Shown piece by piece: positions 26,685 to 41,575 of a DNA stretch of 64,000 bases (position 1 is the stretch's first letter; each line of letters begins with the position of its first letter). The position numbers and the translations under genes are program-made. The stretch is from Octopus vulgaris (Eukaryota): contig OX597835.1 of NCBI GenBank assembly GCA_951406725.2, positions 33,046,001 to 33,110,000 of the forward strand, written 5' to 3'. Below the pieces are notes generated by a model, which saw only the letters and a program-made list of their open reading frames with translations, was not told the origin of the DNA and searched no databases.

Positions 26685-26984
26685 ATGCAGTGGTTAGGGC
26701 AGCGGAGTCGCGGTCGTAGGTTTCAATTCCCAGACTGAGCGAATACACATGAAACTCCACGATGCTCTGGCAGGGCGTGGTGATGAACCTTGCTGTACTC
26801 TTTCACCACAGCATTCTCTCACTGTTTCTGTTGTACCTGTATTTCAAAGGGGCTAGCTTTGTCACACTCCGTGTCACACTAAATCTCCCTAAGAACGACG
26901 TTCAGGAGAAGCGTGTCTGTGGAGTGCTCAGCCACTTGCACGTAAATTTCACGAGCAGGATGTTCCGACGGAGCGCCATGAAAC

Positions 26985-26985
<1 letters not shown>
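26685..26985 (+). mobile_element. SINE with family A head and family D-type tail
   Basis: cagtggttagggcagcgga head; tail ttgcacgtaaatttcacgagcag shared with 39315-39480. Confidence 0.75.
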
Positions 26986-27020
<35 letters not shown>

Positions 27021-27024
27021 TGAG

Positions 27025-27098
<74 letters not shown>

Positions 27099-27872
27099 TG
27101 TGTGTGTGTCTATATACGTACATACCCACCCATATAACACGTATGTCTTAAAATTAATTTAGGCAAATAGTTGAAAGGTTACACTAAATTTGATGGTGGG
27201 ATATTGGCTAACTGCAATTCATGTTTATTCAGCCAGAACTCGGCTTTTATTGGAAGCCAGTTGACAGTAGGATACAATTATTACCATTATTTTCTCTCTG
27301 TGCTGTTGTTATACGCCAATCTGTGTAGTACAAAATATTTACCAAGACACACACGGCCATGTGTACATCTTTACACACACACATACATACACACACATAC
27401 ACAGACCAACAAACACATATGAATACATATTCATATATGTCTAGTACAATTATTATACATATGTATATACAGATGAAGACATGCATCTCTCTATATAAAT
27501 ATATATGTATATACATATATACACATCCGTATATATATGAATATATATATATATGTATGTATGTATATGTGGGTGAGTGTGGGTGTATGTACATGTGTGT
27601 GCATGCGTGTGTGTGTGTGTATGTGTGTGCGTATGTGTGTGTGTGTGTCTACATACGAAATGAAACGTTGAATTTATAGTGATTCTGACACTAATTTTTT
27701 ATCTCGGCTGCCGGCTAATATTTCTTAATCATCATTTTCTATACCAGTAGTCTGTAAATCGGATACGCTTACTGATGACGATTAAAAACTCAGAAAAATG
27801 TAGGTAGCAAGTCCATCACTCCTGTTAGATATCTCATGTGTTACTGATTTATATCTTTGTTCCCTTAACACT

Positions 27873-28729
27873 ATATGAGGGGCTACTCAAAAGAAACCGG
27901 AATTTTGCAATATTATTTTATTCATTTGGTCTTAAACGTTTACAATTTTATCGCCTTCAAATCATTCTCCCTTTGAAACAATGTATCGGTCCAGGCGCGT
28001 TTTCCACGGGTCGAAGCAGTGCTGGAACTCTTGTGAAGTGATGCCGTTTAATGCCTCCGTTGTTTTGCTCTTCACTTCTTTCACATCTTCAAATTTCGTA
28101 GCACCAGCTTTCGTCACTAGTGATGACCTTTGAAAAGTCATTTCATTTGAGGGCACGCATTTAGTTGTGACTGCCTTTAATATTCCGCGAGCTAGCGTGG
28201 CACAAATTTTGCTGGAACTCTTCTCATTCGCAATTCCTCGTTCAAAACTCGTTGGGTGGACCTCCAGGACACACCATTCAAATCAACAAATTTGTCAATT
28301 GTTCGGTGATAGTCTTCCAAGATCAGTTCATGAATTTCCATGAGGTTTTTATTCGTTCAGGACGCCGGAGGCCTTCCTGAAAGACGTTGGTCCTCAAGCA
28401 ACAAGTGACCATTCCTAAAGCGTTGAAACCACTTGTAAACTTTGTGCTTGTTCATGGGCAGCGGCCTTGTAAGCTGTATGAAGCATGATAACTGTTTCGG
28501 CCGCTGTTTATCCCAGCAAAAACATAATTTCACCGAAGCATGTTTCAACCTTCGTTTCAACCTTCGCAAAAAAATTGACGAAGAGGAGGGAAGCATTGCA
28601 AAACAAAAACGCACCACATAACAAATTGACCTTAACGGACAATGCCGGTTGGCATACTGCAGAAGTCTGAATTATAACAGGGCTGTCCCACAGAGAACGT
28701 TTCTTGTCACTTTTCGGTCTCCACTCGTA
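27873..28729 (-). mobile_element. Internally deleted mariner-like transposon
   Basis: VKLCF..KVYKWFQRFRNG..LEDQRLSGRP (HTH) and KFEDVKEVK..FQHCFDPWKTRLDRYIVSKGE (C-terminus); ends tatgaggg / ctcgta. Confidence 0.8.
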
Positions 28730-28999
28730 TGTATATACGAACTAATTTTGCGAAACGAATTCCACAATTTACAAGTTCCAACAGTACGAAGATGAGTCAG
28801 AAAGTAATATAATGTTTATTGGATTATTTTTTAATCCTCTTGCATATACGAGAGAGAGAAAGAGAGAGTCAGACAGACAGACAAAGACAGTGAGAGAGAG
28901 AGTGGGTAAAAGAGAGAGAGAGAGAGAGAGAAAGTCAAATTATAAAGCAAATAAATATCTTATCATATTCTCGCAGACCAGAATATATATCTTTTCTTT

Positions 29000-29210
29000 T
29001 TTGCTTACTACAGTCAATTAAAAGCGGCTATGGTGGGGCGCCGCCTTCCAGAATTGTTAGTAGACCTCACTGCATTTTTAAAGCGTTATACATATACTAT
29101 CATTTTCTTATGCTGAAATGCTAAGTTACAGGAACATAAGCAGAACAAAACCAGTGATCAAGCGGTAATGAGGGACAAACATCGACACGGTGACACACAT
29201 ATATATATAA

Positions 29211-29253
<43 letters not shown>

Positions 29254-29440
29254 ACATACATATATATATATATATGTATATATATATACGACCGTTTCTT
29301 ACAGTTTTCGTCTACAAAATTCATTCGCAAGGCTTTGGACGGTCAGGGGCTATAGTGGAAGAGAGTAGTCCAATGTGCCATGCAGTGGGACTAAACCCGA
29401 AATGATGTGATTGGGAAAGAAGCTTCTTATCATACAGCCA
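29000..29440 (-). mobile_element. SINE family C with internal (TA)n
   Basis: cagtgggactaaaccc, caaggctttgg, ctaagttac motifs. Confidence 0.7.
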
Positions 29441-29646
29441 AACATATATGTATATATATAGATATATATATATATGTGTGTGTGTGTATATGTATGTATA
29501 TAATACATATATGTGAATGTGTGTGTATATATGTGAGAGAGTTAAATAAAATGAGACATCAAAACCAGGGTGGATAACATGGTGGTCCAGGCAAGTTTAA
29601 GCTACCCTACTACTCAAATGTAAACTTTTTTGAACTTATAATATTC

Positions 29647-29696
<50 letters not shown>

Positions 29697-29790
29697 CAGA
29701 TAAAATACCAATACTCCACTGAACTTTTTAATAATTCCTTCTGGAAACTATCTTTAACATCTTCTTGAGAATGTATATGTATGTTGTAAT

Positions 29791-30090
29791 CTTTTGTGCC
29801 CAATATTTTAATGGACTTGTTAAACATTTTTATATTTTCCCAAGATTTTCCCTTGTAAGCTGTTCTTAACATGTTCTTATTATCAAGGAATGTATAAGTA
29901 TATTGTAATATTTTATCACAACCAGTACCTGGCACAACCAAGCTTTTGTGCCCAATATTTTGATGAACTATTTTTTTATTTTCCTAAGATTTTCCCCTGT
30001 AAAGTGTTCTTAACATGTTCTTGTTACCAAAGAATGTATATATGTATTGTAGTATTTTGTGACAATCAGTAATTAACACAAACAAACTTT
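29791..30090. repeat. ~150-bp tandem duplication (2 units)
   Basis: cttttgtgcccaatatttt...gttcttaacatgttctt at 29791 and 29943. Confidence 0.85.
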
Positions 30091-30183
30091 TACATGTTAC
30101 TTTTGACAATCTTTTTCTAAAAAGTGAAACCGGTAAAGTAAATAAACATCTTTTAAAATTGCATTTTCAAACTTTGTTTCATA

Positions 30184-30284
<101 letters not shown>

Positions 30285-30957
30285 GTATGTATGTATGTAC
30301 GTATATATATAGATGTATATATATAAATATATATGTATATATATATATATAATGTATGTGAAATAAGGTATACCTTATATTGTTTCCTGTACACGTTTTA
30401 CCAATGTGCTTAATGAATCCATTGCAGTTCTCCATGGATGCATTGTATTCTAAGCCACCAAAAACGATTGTGGTGCTGGAGTAACGATAGTGGTGGTTCT
30501 CTAATCTTATCTGTGGGAGTCATACATTTAGCTGTATACACAACAAATTCTATATGTGTGATTATGTGTGTTTGTATCTTTTGCGTTTGTGTACATGTGT
30601 GTATGTGCTTCCATATATTTCGTTGATAAGGATAACCACAAGAGGAAGGAAACATTTCAAAGAAGAAACAAAAACACATTGAATATTCATAGACTTAATG
30701 TAGAAACCAAGACAGGCTTTGCCAAAAAACATGATTCCAGACCATAAATCTTTGACAAAATTTATTGCTAAATTTCTTCGTTTCCTAATTCTTTTGTTTC
30801 CAATCTTTATAACTCCTGAAGTAAAACTCCGTATCAAAATTATGCATCTGGTGATATGGTGTCCAGACATAGCATGGACTTGTAAATGTACCGTTGTTAT
30901 CTCCAGGTTGTTAATACCTATAGTTATTTTAATTCACCAAATGTAATTAGAAAATAG

Positions 30958-31005
<48 letters not shown>

Positions 31006-31099
31006 CATACATATATACATATATACATACATACAAATAAACAGATATCTATATACATACATATATATATAATAAAAATAAATTAGAAAAAAAGCCATC

Positions 31100-31225
<126 letters not shown>

Positions 31226-31367
31226 TTCATACATACAGATAAATGTATATATAAATATGTATTGTGCACATAAAGGTATATGTATATATGTTTATATATA
31301 TAGATACATATATATGTATATATATATGTATGTATGTATGTATATATATGTGTGTGTGTGTGTGTGA

Positions 31368-31418
<51 letters not shown>

Positions 31419-32052
31419 TAACACCATTAAATGTGTTTGTTTTCTTGATAATTTTTGTCTCCATATCTGTCGTTAATGTATTATTTTGTTGTCATGGAAA
31501 CTTGTAATTTCCGATTATTCTTATGCACACCCGGCAGGTATTGGAAGAGGATTAGTTCAATAACATACACGGAGTTACCAATATGAACGGCACTTGTTTA
31601 CATTGAACACTGATCGAACATCAATATGATTTATTATATATGTGTGTGCCTGTATGAATGTGAGTGTCAATCGTTCCTCTGTGTGTGTGTATGTGTGTGT
31701 GTGTGTGTGTGTCAACACACATGTAAATAAATACAGATTGTCAAAATGCTATGAAATTTTACTGACTTGATCGCATGTTTATTTTTATCGCTTTTTCTAT
31801 TTATTTATTTATTTATTTATTTATTTATTTTTCTTTTCATTTTTTTCTCTTTTGCTACGAAAAAAATCTTCAGCAAAAACAAAACAAGGATCATTACCAG
31901 AAAGATTTCACATTGAATTATACATGGGAAATTTACTTCTAGTATGGGTAAAATTATATACATGAACACATACACAGAGATACGTGCATACATACGTGTG
32001 TACATTCATCCATGCATACATACATACATACATACATACATACATACATACA

Positions 32053-32085
<33 letters not shown>

Positions 32086-32224
32086 GTGTGCGTGTGTGTG
32101 TGTATGAATGTATGTATATGTATGTGTGAGTGTATATATGTACTGGAAAATGTGCTTAGTAAATAAATGGTATGAATTGCATCATGCTGTTCATTAACTT
32201 ATTCACATATATATATGTACATAC

Positions 32225-32266
<42 letters not shown>

Positions 32267-32724
32267 TTATATAGCCATGCCTATATAGATGCATATGTAT
32301 GTAGATATATATGTATATATATATATGTGTGTGTGTATATATATATATATGTATATATATGTATATATATACATATATAAATATATATATTTATATATAT
32401 AATTATATACATATATATAATTCGATTTTATCTCATAATTCTGCGTATAATCTAAGATATCTCAGGCGGGATTACTTCGGCCACAAACCTGGACGTTCAT
32501 GTTCGTGGTTATATATCGATATACATGATCCAATCATATCATTGACCATTAAACAAAGTAAGAAATCGTTAGCTAATGGATTCTTGTCTTCCATATATCA
32601 AATTCATAACAGTACTTATACGCATATACATAAACACACATACACTCTCAAATACATCCACGCACATTCACACAAATACATATGCCTGGGTGTGTCTGTG
32701 CATGTATGTATGTATATATATATA

Positions 32725-32782
<58 letters not shown>

Positions 32783-32934
32783 GGTCCCGGGTTGAGTCGG
32801 GGTTAACCACAGTAAATAAGGTACTCAATACATAGCAGAGTAAATTAATTTATTTTATAGAAGGAGCTTCTACAGGACTAGAACTGTTTCATTCAAAAGA
32901 AATCAACATATATATTTATATATATATATATATT

Positions 32935-33092
<158 letters not shown>

Positions 33093-33352
33093 TACCCCTT
33101 CCTCTATCTATAAATAGAAAAAAATCTTGTTTGTCTCCACTGAACTAAATAAAAAAAACCCTCCCCATTGATAATTCTAAATAACAAAGTTAACTCAGGG
33201 ATAAAAAGTCTGCCCATGGAGAAGGACCTTCTACTACCATGTTCTTAATGGCGAAATTAACCTCTCTATCTATATATCTACCCTCTTTGTAATGTTGGCA
33301 AATAGAATAAGTATAAAAATGAACATTGTATATTTAATTTTAAAATTCTATA

Positions 33353-33440
33353 TGTGGCTGAAGAGTGCTCCACATTTTAAAACTGATGTAATACTTGCAT
33401 TGTTTAATTAAATGAAGTACCATGAAACGATTGTACTACA
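33353..33440 (+). ncRNA. Hammerhead-like motif with long stem II
   Basis: tgtgg-CTGAAGA-gtgct...agtac-cat-GAAA-c gatt g-TA-ctaca. Confidence 0.45.
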
Positions 33441-33487
33441 CTACCTTGGATATCCTTGTTGCTTATTTTGACTATATATATATATAT

Positions 33488-33798
33488 CACCGTGACCACC
33501 GTGACCGTCCAGGCTATCAGATGTTGCTACACATCGCTGGTCACAATCCACTTCGCTTTGTTTTAGCCTTCGAATGACGCCACCCTCTGGCTAAGCGAGC
33601 AAGCCAACAGAAGAAAGAGTGAGAGAAAATTGTGGCGAAAGAGTACAGCAGGGATCGCCACCACCCCACTGACGGAGCATCGTGGAGCTTTAGGTGTTTT
33701 CGCTCAATAAACACTCACAACGCCTGGTCTGGGAATCGAAACCGCGATCCTACAACAGCGAGTCCGGTACTCTAACCACTGGGCCATTGCGCCTCCAC
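33488..33798 (-). mobile_element. SINE family A with RTE-like tail
   Basis: Head ends gggccattgcgcctccac; tail carries gtgaccagcg, also in the RTE 3' end at ~20800. Confidence 0.85.
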
Positions 33799-33893
33799 GA
33801 TATATATATATATAAATAATTGGACATGCAAAATTTCAGCTAGATCAAACAACTGCAAGTGGGTCAGAGGCATTACTTATTGAACGTCTCTCG

Positions 33894-33985
<92 letters not shown>

Positions 33986-33987
<2 letters not shown>

Positions 33988-34651
33988 CGAGGGACGTTCA
34001 ATAAGTAATGCCTCTGACCCACTTGCATTTGTTTGATCTAGCTGAAATTTTGCATGTCCAATTATTTATATGTCTATAGATTAAGTGGCAAATTACAGCT
34101 CTGAATTAATTGTGGTTTCTGATTTACAGGTGTTTGAACCGAGTCAAGTGTGAAATGGAGCCTGTTGAGTATCGAGCAGTGATCCGGTTTTTGTATTTGA
34201 AAGGACGCACACCACGGGAGACTTTTGATGAAATGAAAGTAACTTATGGTGATGATGCCCCATCATATGACCTTGTAAAACGCTGGCATCGTGAATTCAA
34301 ACATGGTCGGAACACTGTGGAAACAGCTCCCAGATCTGGTCGACCCCCTCTGCCATTGATGAGGCATCTGTCCGTCAAATTGAGGCTGCCATTTTGGAAG
34401 ATCGACGCATAATTATTCACCAAATATCCCATGAGGTCAAGATTAGTACCGCGGTCTGTGGAAACTATCATTCATGACCATTTGCATATGGGTTCTTCTA
34501 CAAAAACGGTGTTCAGAGCCGCATCAAACGATGGGAGAAGTGCGTAACTCTGGGTGGTTCCTATGTAGAAAAAGACTAATAACTGTGCCAAGTTTCGTTG
34601 CTCTACTGCTATGGGAAGTGGGTCAGGGGCATTACTTATTGAACGCCCCTC

Positions 34652-34654
<3 letters not shown>
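33986..34654 (+). mobile_element. Internally deleted mariner with both TIRs, inserted in (TA)n
   Basis: TIRs tacgagggacgttcaataagtaatgcctctgaccca / tgggtcaggggcattacttattgaacgcccctcgta; YRAVIRFLYLKG..VKRWHREFKHGR..PRSGRP. Confidence 0.92.
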
Positions 34655-34698
<44 letters not shown>

Positions 34699-34773
34699 TA
34701 TATACATATATAATACATAATACATATACATGTACATAAATGTTTGTATATTTATATATACCTGTATATATAA

Positions 34774-34806
<33 letters not shown>

Positions 34807-35444
34807 ATATGTTTATATATATATATATATATACATATATATATAATGTATATCTATCTATATCCATCTATCAATCTATCTATCTATATATCTCTATATG
34901 TATGTGTGTATGTGTGTGTATGTGTGCACACATATAGACACATCTATGGATGTTAAATGTCTGTATGGTTTCAGTACTTTTATATTTGTAAATTATATAT
35001 GAGTGTTTGTGTGTGTGTCTGGGTATGTATGTAGATTTATAGAACACCACTTACAATACCAATAATTTCTTATGATTCATTTTATTTTCAATCTTGTGTC
35101 CATTCACACTCATAATAATCGAAACACAAAAGTTTTATAGAAGTTATGGGGCATACACAATTGTATAAAATAAGATGAGAAATGAAGAATGACAATTCAA
35201 AAATATTTATTTCGACATGCTGAAACCTTGTAACTAGACAATATAATTAAATATATAAAAATATATAATTTTAAAAATGGGATTTGAAATAGAATTTTAA
35301 AATATCGAGCAAAGTTAGTATGAATATATGCGCTAATCTAGGCTGTAGAAGATTTTCAAAGACGCAGCTCCTTCCCCATCACGTTAGTGTTATGCCCCTC
35401 AGTCCCTTACTTTATAAGAGGGTCGGGTCGCATCCAGGGCATGA

Positions 35445-35654
35445 ATACTCTTTTACTTGTTTCAGGCATTTGACTGTGGCCATGATGGAGCACCGCTTTT
35501 AGTCGAGCAAATCGACTCCAGGACTTATTCTTTGTAAGCCTATTACTTATTCTGTCGGTTTATTTTGCCGAATCGCTAGGTTACGGGGACGTAAACACAC
35601 CAGCCTCGGTTGTCAAACGATGTTGGTGGGACAATCACAGTCACACAAAAATAT

Positions 35655-35714
<60 letters not shown>

Positions 35715-35870
35715 GACGGGCTTATTTCAGTTTCCGTCTATCAAAACCACTCACAAGGCTTTGATTGGCCCGGGGCTATAGTAGAAGACACTAACCAAAG
35801 TTGCCACGCAGTGAGACTGAACCTGGAACCCTGTTGTTCGTAAGCAAGCTACTTACCACACAGCCACACT
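35445..35870 (-). mobile_element. Full-length SINE family C
   Basis: Reverse complement of 59034-59445 including internal (TA)n. Confidence 0.88.
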
Positions 35871-36519
35871 TAAGCTTCGGATATGTTTCTGTTACCACAA
35901 TCTGTGATAGTGCCTGAATTGCACCGATATTTAATGTTTAAGGTACCCCAAAGTAAGGTACCTTTTCTGCTGTAACCAGTTCAGTCAGAAACGCCAATTG
36001 TCTAATAATTCATCGATATATCTGAGAAATACTTACATGTGTTAGACTAAGCGTCTGACACGTAGACTGATTACACCATCTTCTGTCGCTTACATTTACT
36101 TCTAATTTTGGTTTCAAATATTAGGACAAGGTCAGCAAGTTAGTGTGGGGGTACAAGTCAATTACTTCGACCCCAGAATGCGACTGGTTCTTATTTCATC
36201 GACCCCGAAAGGATAGAAGACTAAGTCGAACTCGGCGGAATTTGAAGTCAGTATGTAAAGAATGACATTAAAATAAGTACAAGTTCCGTAAGGGGTTTGA
36301 TGTGACTGACCTACACTCTACCTGAAACTGCTGGATTTGTGCCAAAATGTGAAACTAAGACCAGAAATTCCTACAGCGAAAATCTGGTAGACTACTTAGC
36401 GCGTCGGACAAAATGTCCATTTACGTATCGTCCGGCTTTTAACGTTCTGGGCGCGAACATGAATGTGTTCAAATTCTAGTAATAGTTGGCGTAAATTTCA
36501 TCGTAATATGCTCCATACT

Positions 36520-36730
36520 CGTTTACTCTTTAACTTGTTTCAGTCATTTGACTGCGGCCGTGCAGGAGCACCACCTTTAGTCGAGGAAATAGATCCCCAG
36601 GACTTATTCTTTGTAAACCTAGTACTTATTCTATCGGTCTCTTTTGCCGAACCGGGGACGAAAACACACCAGCATCGGTTGTCAAGCGATGTTGGGGGGG
36701 GGGGGCAAAAACAAACTCACAAAGACACAC
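36520..36730 (-). mobile_element. SINE family C 3' half
   Basis: ttgtttcagtcatttgactgcggcc...ccagcatcggttgtcaagc. Confidence 0.8.
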
Positions 36731-36741
36731 ACATATATATA

Positions 36742-36802
<61 letters not shown>

Positions 36803-37264
36803 CCCTGCGTACTATTTAATAATTTTGAACTTCATATGTAATCAGACAAATATCATTCGCAAATCTCTATCGAATCTCTCCCATCATTGACGTAAGGTAA
36901 CTTTGTGTGCTTCTTTATTCATTTGCTACAAAAGAAGTTCTCAGCATAATGCGATATGTCGAGCGATTTATTATTCCTTGTACAATTAGCATGCCTGGTC
37001 TTAAGATCTTTTGCTTTTCTCGCTGCCTACGCTTGTTTCCTGTTCCAGATTAATTTTACATTTCGTCATCAGCTGAAGAAAATAGAGTGTCATTGATAGC
37101 TGTAAACAAAAGAGGAATCACTCTGCTCTCTGGTGATTTTAATTCGAAGTTAGAGAACGAAGCGAAATATATTTTCTGTTGGTTCCGGAGTTGCAAAGGA
37201 TTATTCACGGAAACTATCAAGCCGCAGTAGTCTGCTGTTGCTATTGCTGCTGCTGCTGTTGCTG

Positions 37265-37650
37265 TTGAGCGAAGCGGTCTTCGTCCCAGAGGTCGCAAGA
37301 TCGCGCCACTGCAGTGGGAGAAGTCCGAAACGTGGTCCTTTGCTATTCGTAAGACCCGCAGATGAGGAAGCAGGTCAACACCCAACACTGAGAGCATCGA
37401 CGGATGGATGAATGCGCATCCAGGCTCAGCGGTTACGTAGGAAGTCGGGGACAAGAAACAGGAAGAAAGAGTGCGAGAAAGTTGGTGCGAAAGAGTACAA
37501 CAGGGTGCGCCACCACCCCCTGCCGGGGCCTCGTGGAGCTTTAGGTGTTTTCGCTCAATAAACACAAATAACACCCGGTCTGGGAATCGAGACCGCGATT
37601 CTCCGAACGCGAGTCCTCTGCCCTAACCACTGGGCCATTGCGCCTCCACT
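37265..37650 (-). mobile_element. SINE family A with a further tail type
   Basis: Sister of 57482-57832. Confidence 0.85.
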
Positions 37651-37959
37651 TGCTATTTCTGTCTGTGCTACTCCTGTCAATTTAGCTTTCCTTTAATCTC
37701 TGGAGAGAAAGCCATTAAATGACTTACTATCGCATGCGTAGCAACTGATATGTCTGGCTTCTGCTAGCACTATTAAAACGTTTCTATCCACATCCAGCCA
37801 TTACAACATTACTGTGAATACCGAGGTTCAACAGAATTTCCATAATCATAGTGTATCCAACAGAACATTTATCGTTAGAAATCAGTCTGTGCCCACCACC
37901 TCCGGTTGCAGTGCACAAAATTAACAAAGAACGGAACTCTATTAAAGTGAACTGCATAT

Positions 37960-38310
37960 TTTTCGTTCCATAAATGAGAAGAATAGACTACATCTATTGT
38001 GAAAGGTAGAAGAGTCCAGTTTGCTGGACATTGTTGTATGCGATATGTCGAGCGATTTATTATTCCTTGTACATTTAGCATGCCTTGCAAACGAGGTAAT
38101 TTCTACTCTTCTCCTCTGGAAGCCAGCTGCACGCGATACCAGAGGGCTCACGCTCTCCTACCCTGATGTAATCTCCGGGGATACAAGCATCCAGCAACAG
38201 AACCTCCATAATGCCATGATGAACCGTGAAGTCTGGCGTAACATAATAAATACCATTGTCTCGACCACGGTCGAACAATGAATGATGATATATATACATA
38301 CATATATATA

Positions 38311-38362
<52 letters not shown>

Positions 38363-38640
38363 GACATGTTCAAAGTTCAGTTAAAAGTCCAGACACGTAG
38401 GAGAGTCCAGTTTGCTGGACATTGTTGTAGAGCTGAAAACGAGGCTATTTCTACTCTTCTCCTCTGGAAGCCATCTGCTCGCGATACCAGAGGGCACACA
38501 CTCTCCTACTCTGATGTAATCTCCAGGGATACAGGCATCCAGCAACAGGACCTCCATAATGCTATGATGGACCGTGAAGTCTGGCGTAACATAATAAATA
38601 CCATTGTTCGACCACGGTCGAACAATGGTGATGATGATAC
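37960..38640 (+). mobile_element. Two tandem 3' fragments of an RTE-like LINE
   Basis: RVQFAGHC..LLLWKP.ARDTRG..LHNAMM.REVWRNII twice (~37960-38288, 38395-38640), each ending in (ATG)n. Confidence 0.8.
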
Positions 38641-38974
38641 CTAGGAGTACGAGGCACTTTCTCAGCAGTTTTCGAGATCTACCTTCCCTTTGAACTGCAC
38701 CGTATATTATTTAATATGGCGTGATCTATTCGATAGAGGCATCGCATCACTCTGAACTACAACGGTAAGCAAGAAAACCATCGTTCTGTGTTTGTGTGAA
38801 AGCACTGGATGAACAGGCACCATTTATGTTTACAGTGATGCCAAAAAGCTCTTTTTTCAGCTTAGGGCGGCTTCATATTTACATTTACGTTATTCATATA
38901 TTGTTGGCATAGAATGATGTTACATTTTCAGTGTTACTGCTGTTATCATATAGTTCAGAATTATTTTCGTATGG

Positions 38975-39068
<94 letters not shown>

Positions 39069-39164
39069 CGAGAGAGAGAGAGAGTGAGAGAGAAAGAAAG
39101 AAAAAAGGTGTTGATTGATAGATATAGATATATGTCTGTGTATATGTATATATATATATACATA

Positions 39165-39222
<58 letters not shown>

Positions 39223-39314
39223 TATATATATACATACATACTTAGTTAAGACTTGAAAAAGCTCGTGTATTTAATGAAATATTCATAAAAAAACTGTTCC
39301 CTCTAAAAAAAAAA

Positions 39315-39635
39315 GACTCCGCCGGTTACGACGACGAGGGTCCCAGCTGATACGATCAACGGAACAGCTTGCTCGTGAAATTAACGTGCAAATGGCTGAG
39401 CATTCCACAGACACGTGTACCCTTAACGTAGTTCTCGGGGATAATCAGCGTGACACAGAGAGTGACAAGGCTGACCCTTTGAAATACAAGTACAACTCAT
39501 TTTTGCCAGCTGAGTGGACTGGAGCAACGTGAAATAAAGTGTCTTGCTCAAGGACACAACGCGTCGCCGGGAATCGAACTCACAACCTTACGATCATGAG
39601 CCGAATGCCCTAACCACTAAGCCACGCGCCCTCAC
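39315..39635 (-). mobile_element. SINE family D, well preserved
   Basis: Minus strand gtggcttagtggttagg (A box), gagttcgattccc (B box), CORE-like ccttgagcaagacactt body. Confidence 0.9.
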
Positions 39636-40130
39636 TGTTCCCTCTACGAGCATATACATGTGCCTACGTGTATGAATGTATGTATTCATATGAGTGTGTG
39701 TGCGTGGCGATGATGCTACCGAACTTTTGCGTTAGTATCTATAAAAGTTTCTATTTTTTTTATAAATGTATTTTACTCTAAAATATATTCATTAATTTTC
39801 GGGCTTTTTTTTTATTTGTCCATACTACATCGTGGATTTAGGTTGGTTTCCATTATTTTTGTTGCAATTTCTATAATTTTGTTTAAGTTTCGGGCAGACA
39901 CTTTATAGCTACGAATAGACAAAAAAAAATGAAAAATTATTTAAAAACAGCCGTTTTCTGTTTCTGTTTTTCTTTTGTCAGTAAAATTTATGAGCAAACG
40001 ACCGTGTTTTTCTAGTTTCTCTCTCTATGATAATATAATTTTATAAATGTATTCTTCCATGCAGATTCCCCTGATACAGTCTAGAACCTTGAAAAAAGAT
40101 ATGAGAAACGTGTTTGTGTGGGTCATCAGA

Positions 40131-40182
<52 letters not shown>

Positions 40183-40259
40183 GCTACTACTACTGCTACA
40201 ACAACAACAACTACTACTACTACTACTATCAATATTGATAATAACAATAATAAAGATGA

Positions 40260-40645
40260 AACAGTTTCAAATTTTGGAACAAGGCCAGCGGTTTCGAGGT
40301 AAGGAATAAGACGATTTCATCGATCCCAGTGATCGATGATCGATTGCTACTTACTGTATCGGTCCCATGAGGATGAAAGCCAAAGTCAACACCTAAGGCG
40401 GTATTTGAACTCAAAACGTAAACACGGACAAAACACCACTAAGCAACAAAAATGAAAACAATCCTTTCTAATATGAGCACAAGGCCTGAAATATCGGTGG
40501 AGGGTGCTAGTCGATTACATCGACCTCATTGTTTTACTGGTCTTTAATTAATAGACCTAGAAAGGATGAAAGGCAAAGTCAACCTCGGTGGAATTTGAAT
40601 GCAGAACGTACAGACGGACGAAACGCCGCAAAGCATTTCTTTGCC
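40260..40645 (-). mobile_element. Two family B-like SINEs with the alternative tail
   Basis: aggatgaaag.caaagtcaac and tttgaa motifs twice. Confidence 0.7.
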
Positions 40646-40682
40646 GTGATTATGACGACGACGATAACAACAGCAACAAAAC

Positions 40683-40772
<90 letters not shown>

Positions 40773-40825
40773 AAGAACAACAACAACAACAATAACAAAA
40801 ATAATAATAATAACAATAATACTAA

Positions 40826-41575
40826 TAATTTTACTTGCAGCACAAGACCAAAGCCTCCCCACCAGAAATTACCAAAAATATGTAATGAAAAGAAATATAA
40901 CAAGTAACTGCAGAATATGTGGAGATGGACAAGAAACAATAAATCATATTATCTCTGGCTGCCCAGTCCTGGCTAAGAAGGAATATATTCACAGACACGA
41001 CAGAGTTGGGACCTATATACACTGGAAACTATGCCAACATTATGGAATAACAACAGAAAAAAAGATGGTATAGGCACACACCAGAAAAGGTCACAGAAAA
41101 CGAGAAAGCAACCATACTCTGGGATATGCCAATACACACAGATAGAGAAATTAAGGCCAACAGACCAGATATAGTTGTCAGAGATCATGAAGAAAAAAAT
41201 GTTTTCTAATTGATGTATCAATACCAGCGGATGTCAACGTGTCTCTCAAAGAAATGGAGAAACTTTCAAAATACAAAGACCTGGAAATAGAGGTAACCAG
41301 AATGTGGAATCTAAAAACAGAAACAATTCCTATCATAATAGGTGCATTAGGCATGATAAAAAATATTCAGACAAATACATAACAAAAACACCAGGACTTA
41401 CAAACACATATAACATACAGAAAATTGCACTACTAGGCACTGCACACATCCTACGCAGAACACTTTCCATAGAATAACCATCAGAGCATCACAACAAATC
41501 ACAGCACATACCCAAGGCACACAGAGCTGTGCTCGTTAGTGAAGTGAAAGCACGATATAAAAAATATACTACTGA
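40826..41575 (+). mobile_element. Dong/R4-clade LINE 3' fragment with restriction-like endonuclease, in (TAA)n
   Basis: AAQDQ, CRICGDGQETINHIISGC (CCHC), RHD, then after a frameshift ILWD..TDREIKANRPDIVV, LIDVS, KYKDL, IGALG; (AAT)n on both sides. Confidence 0.9.

Noticed and set aside
27765-27812. CTGATGA...GAAA hammerhead-like spacing
   Set aside because: Stems I and III pair poorly; too degenerate to call.
39560-39635. tRNA-like A/B boxes here and at other SINE heads
   Set aside because: Continuous with SINE bodies and lacking a convincing cloverleaf; not tRNA genes.
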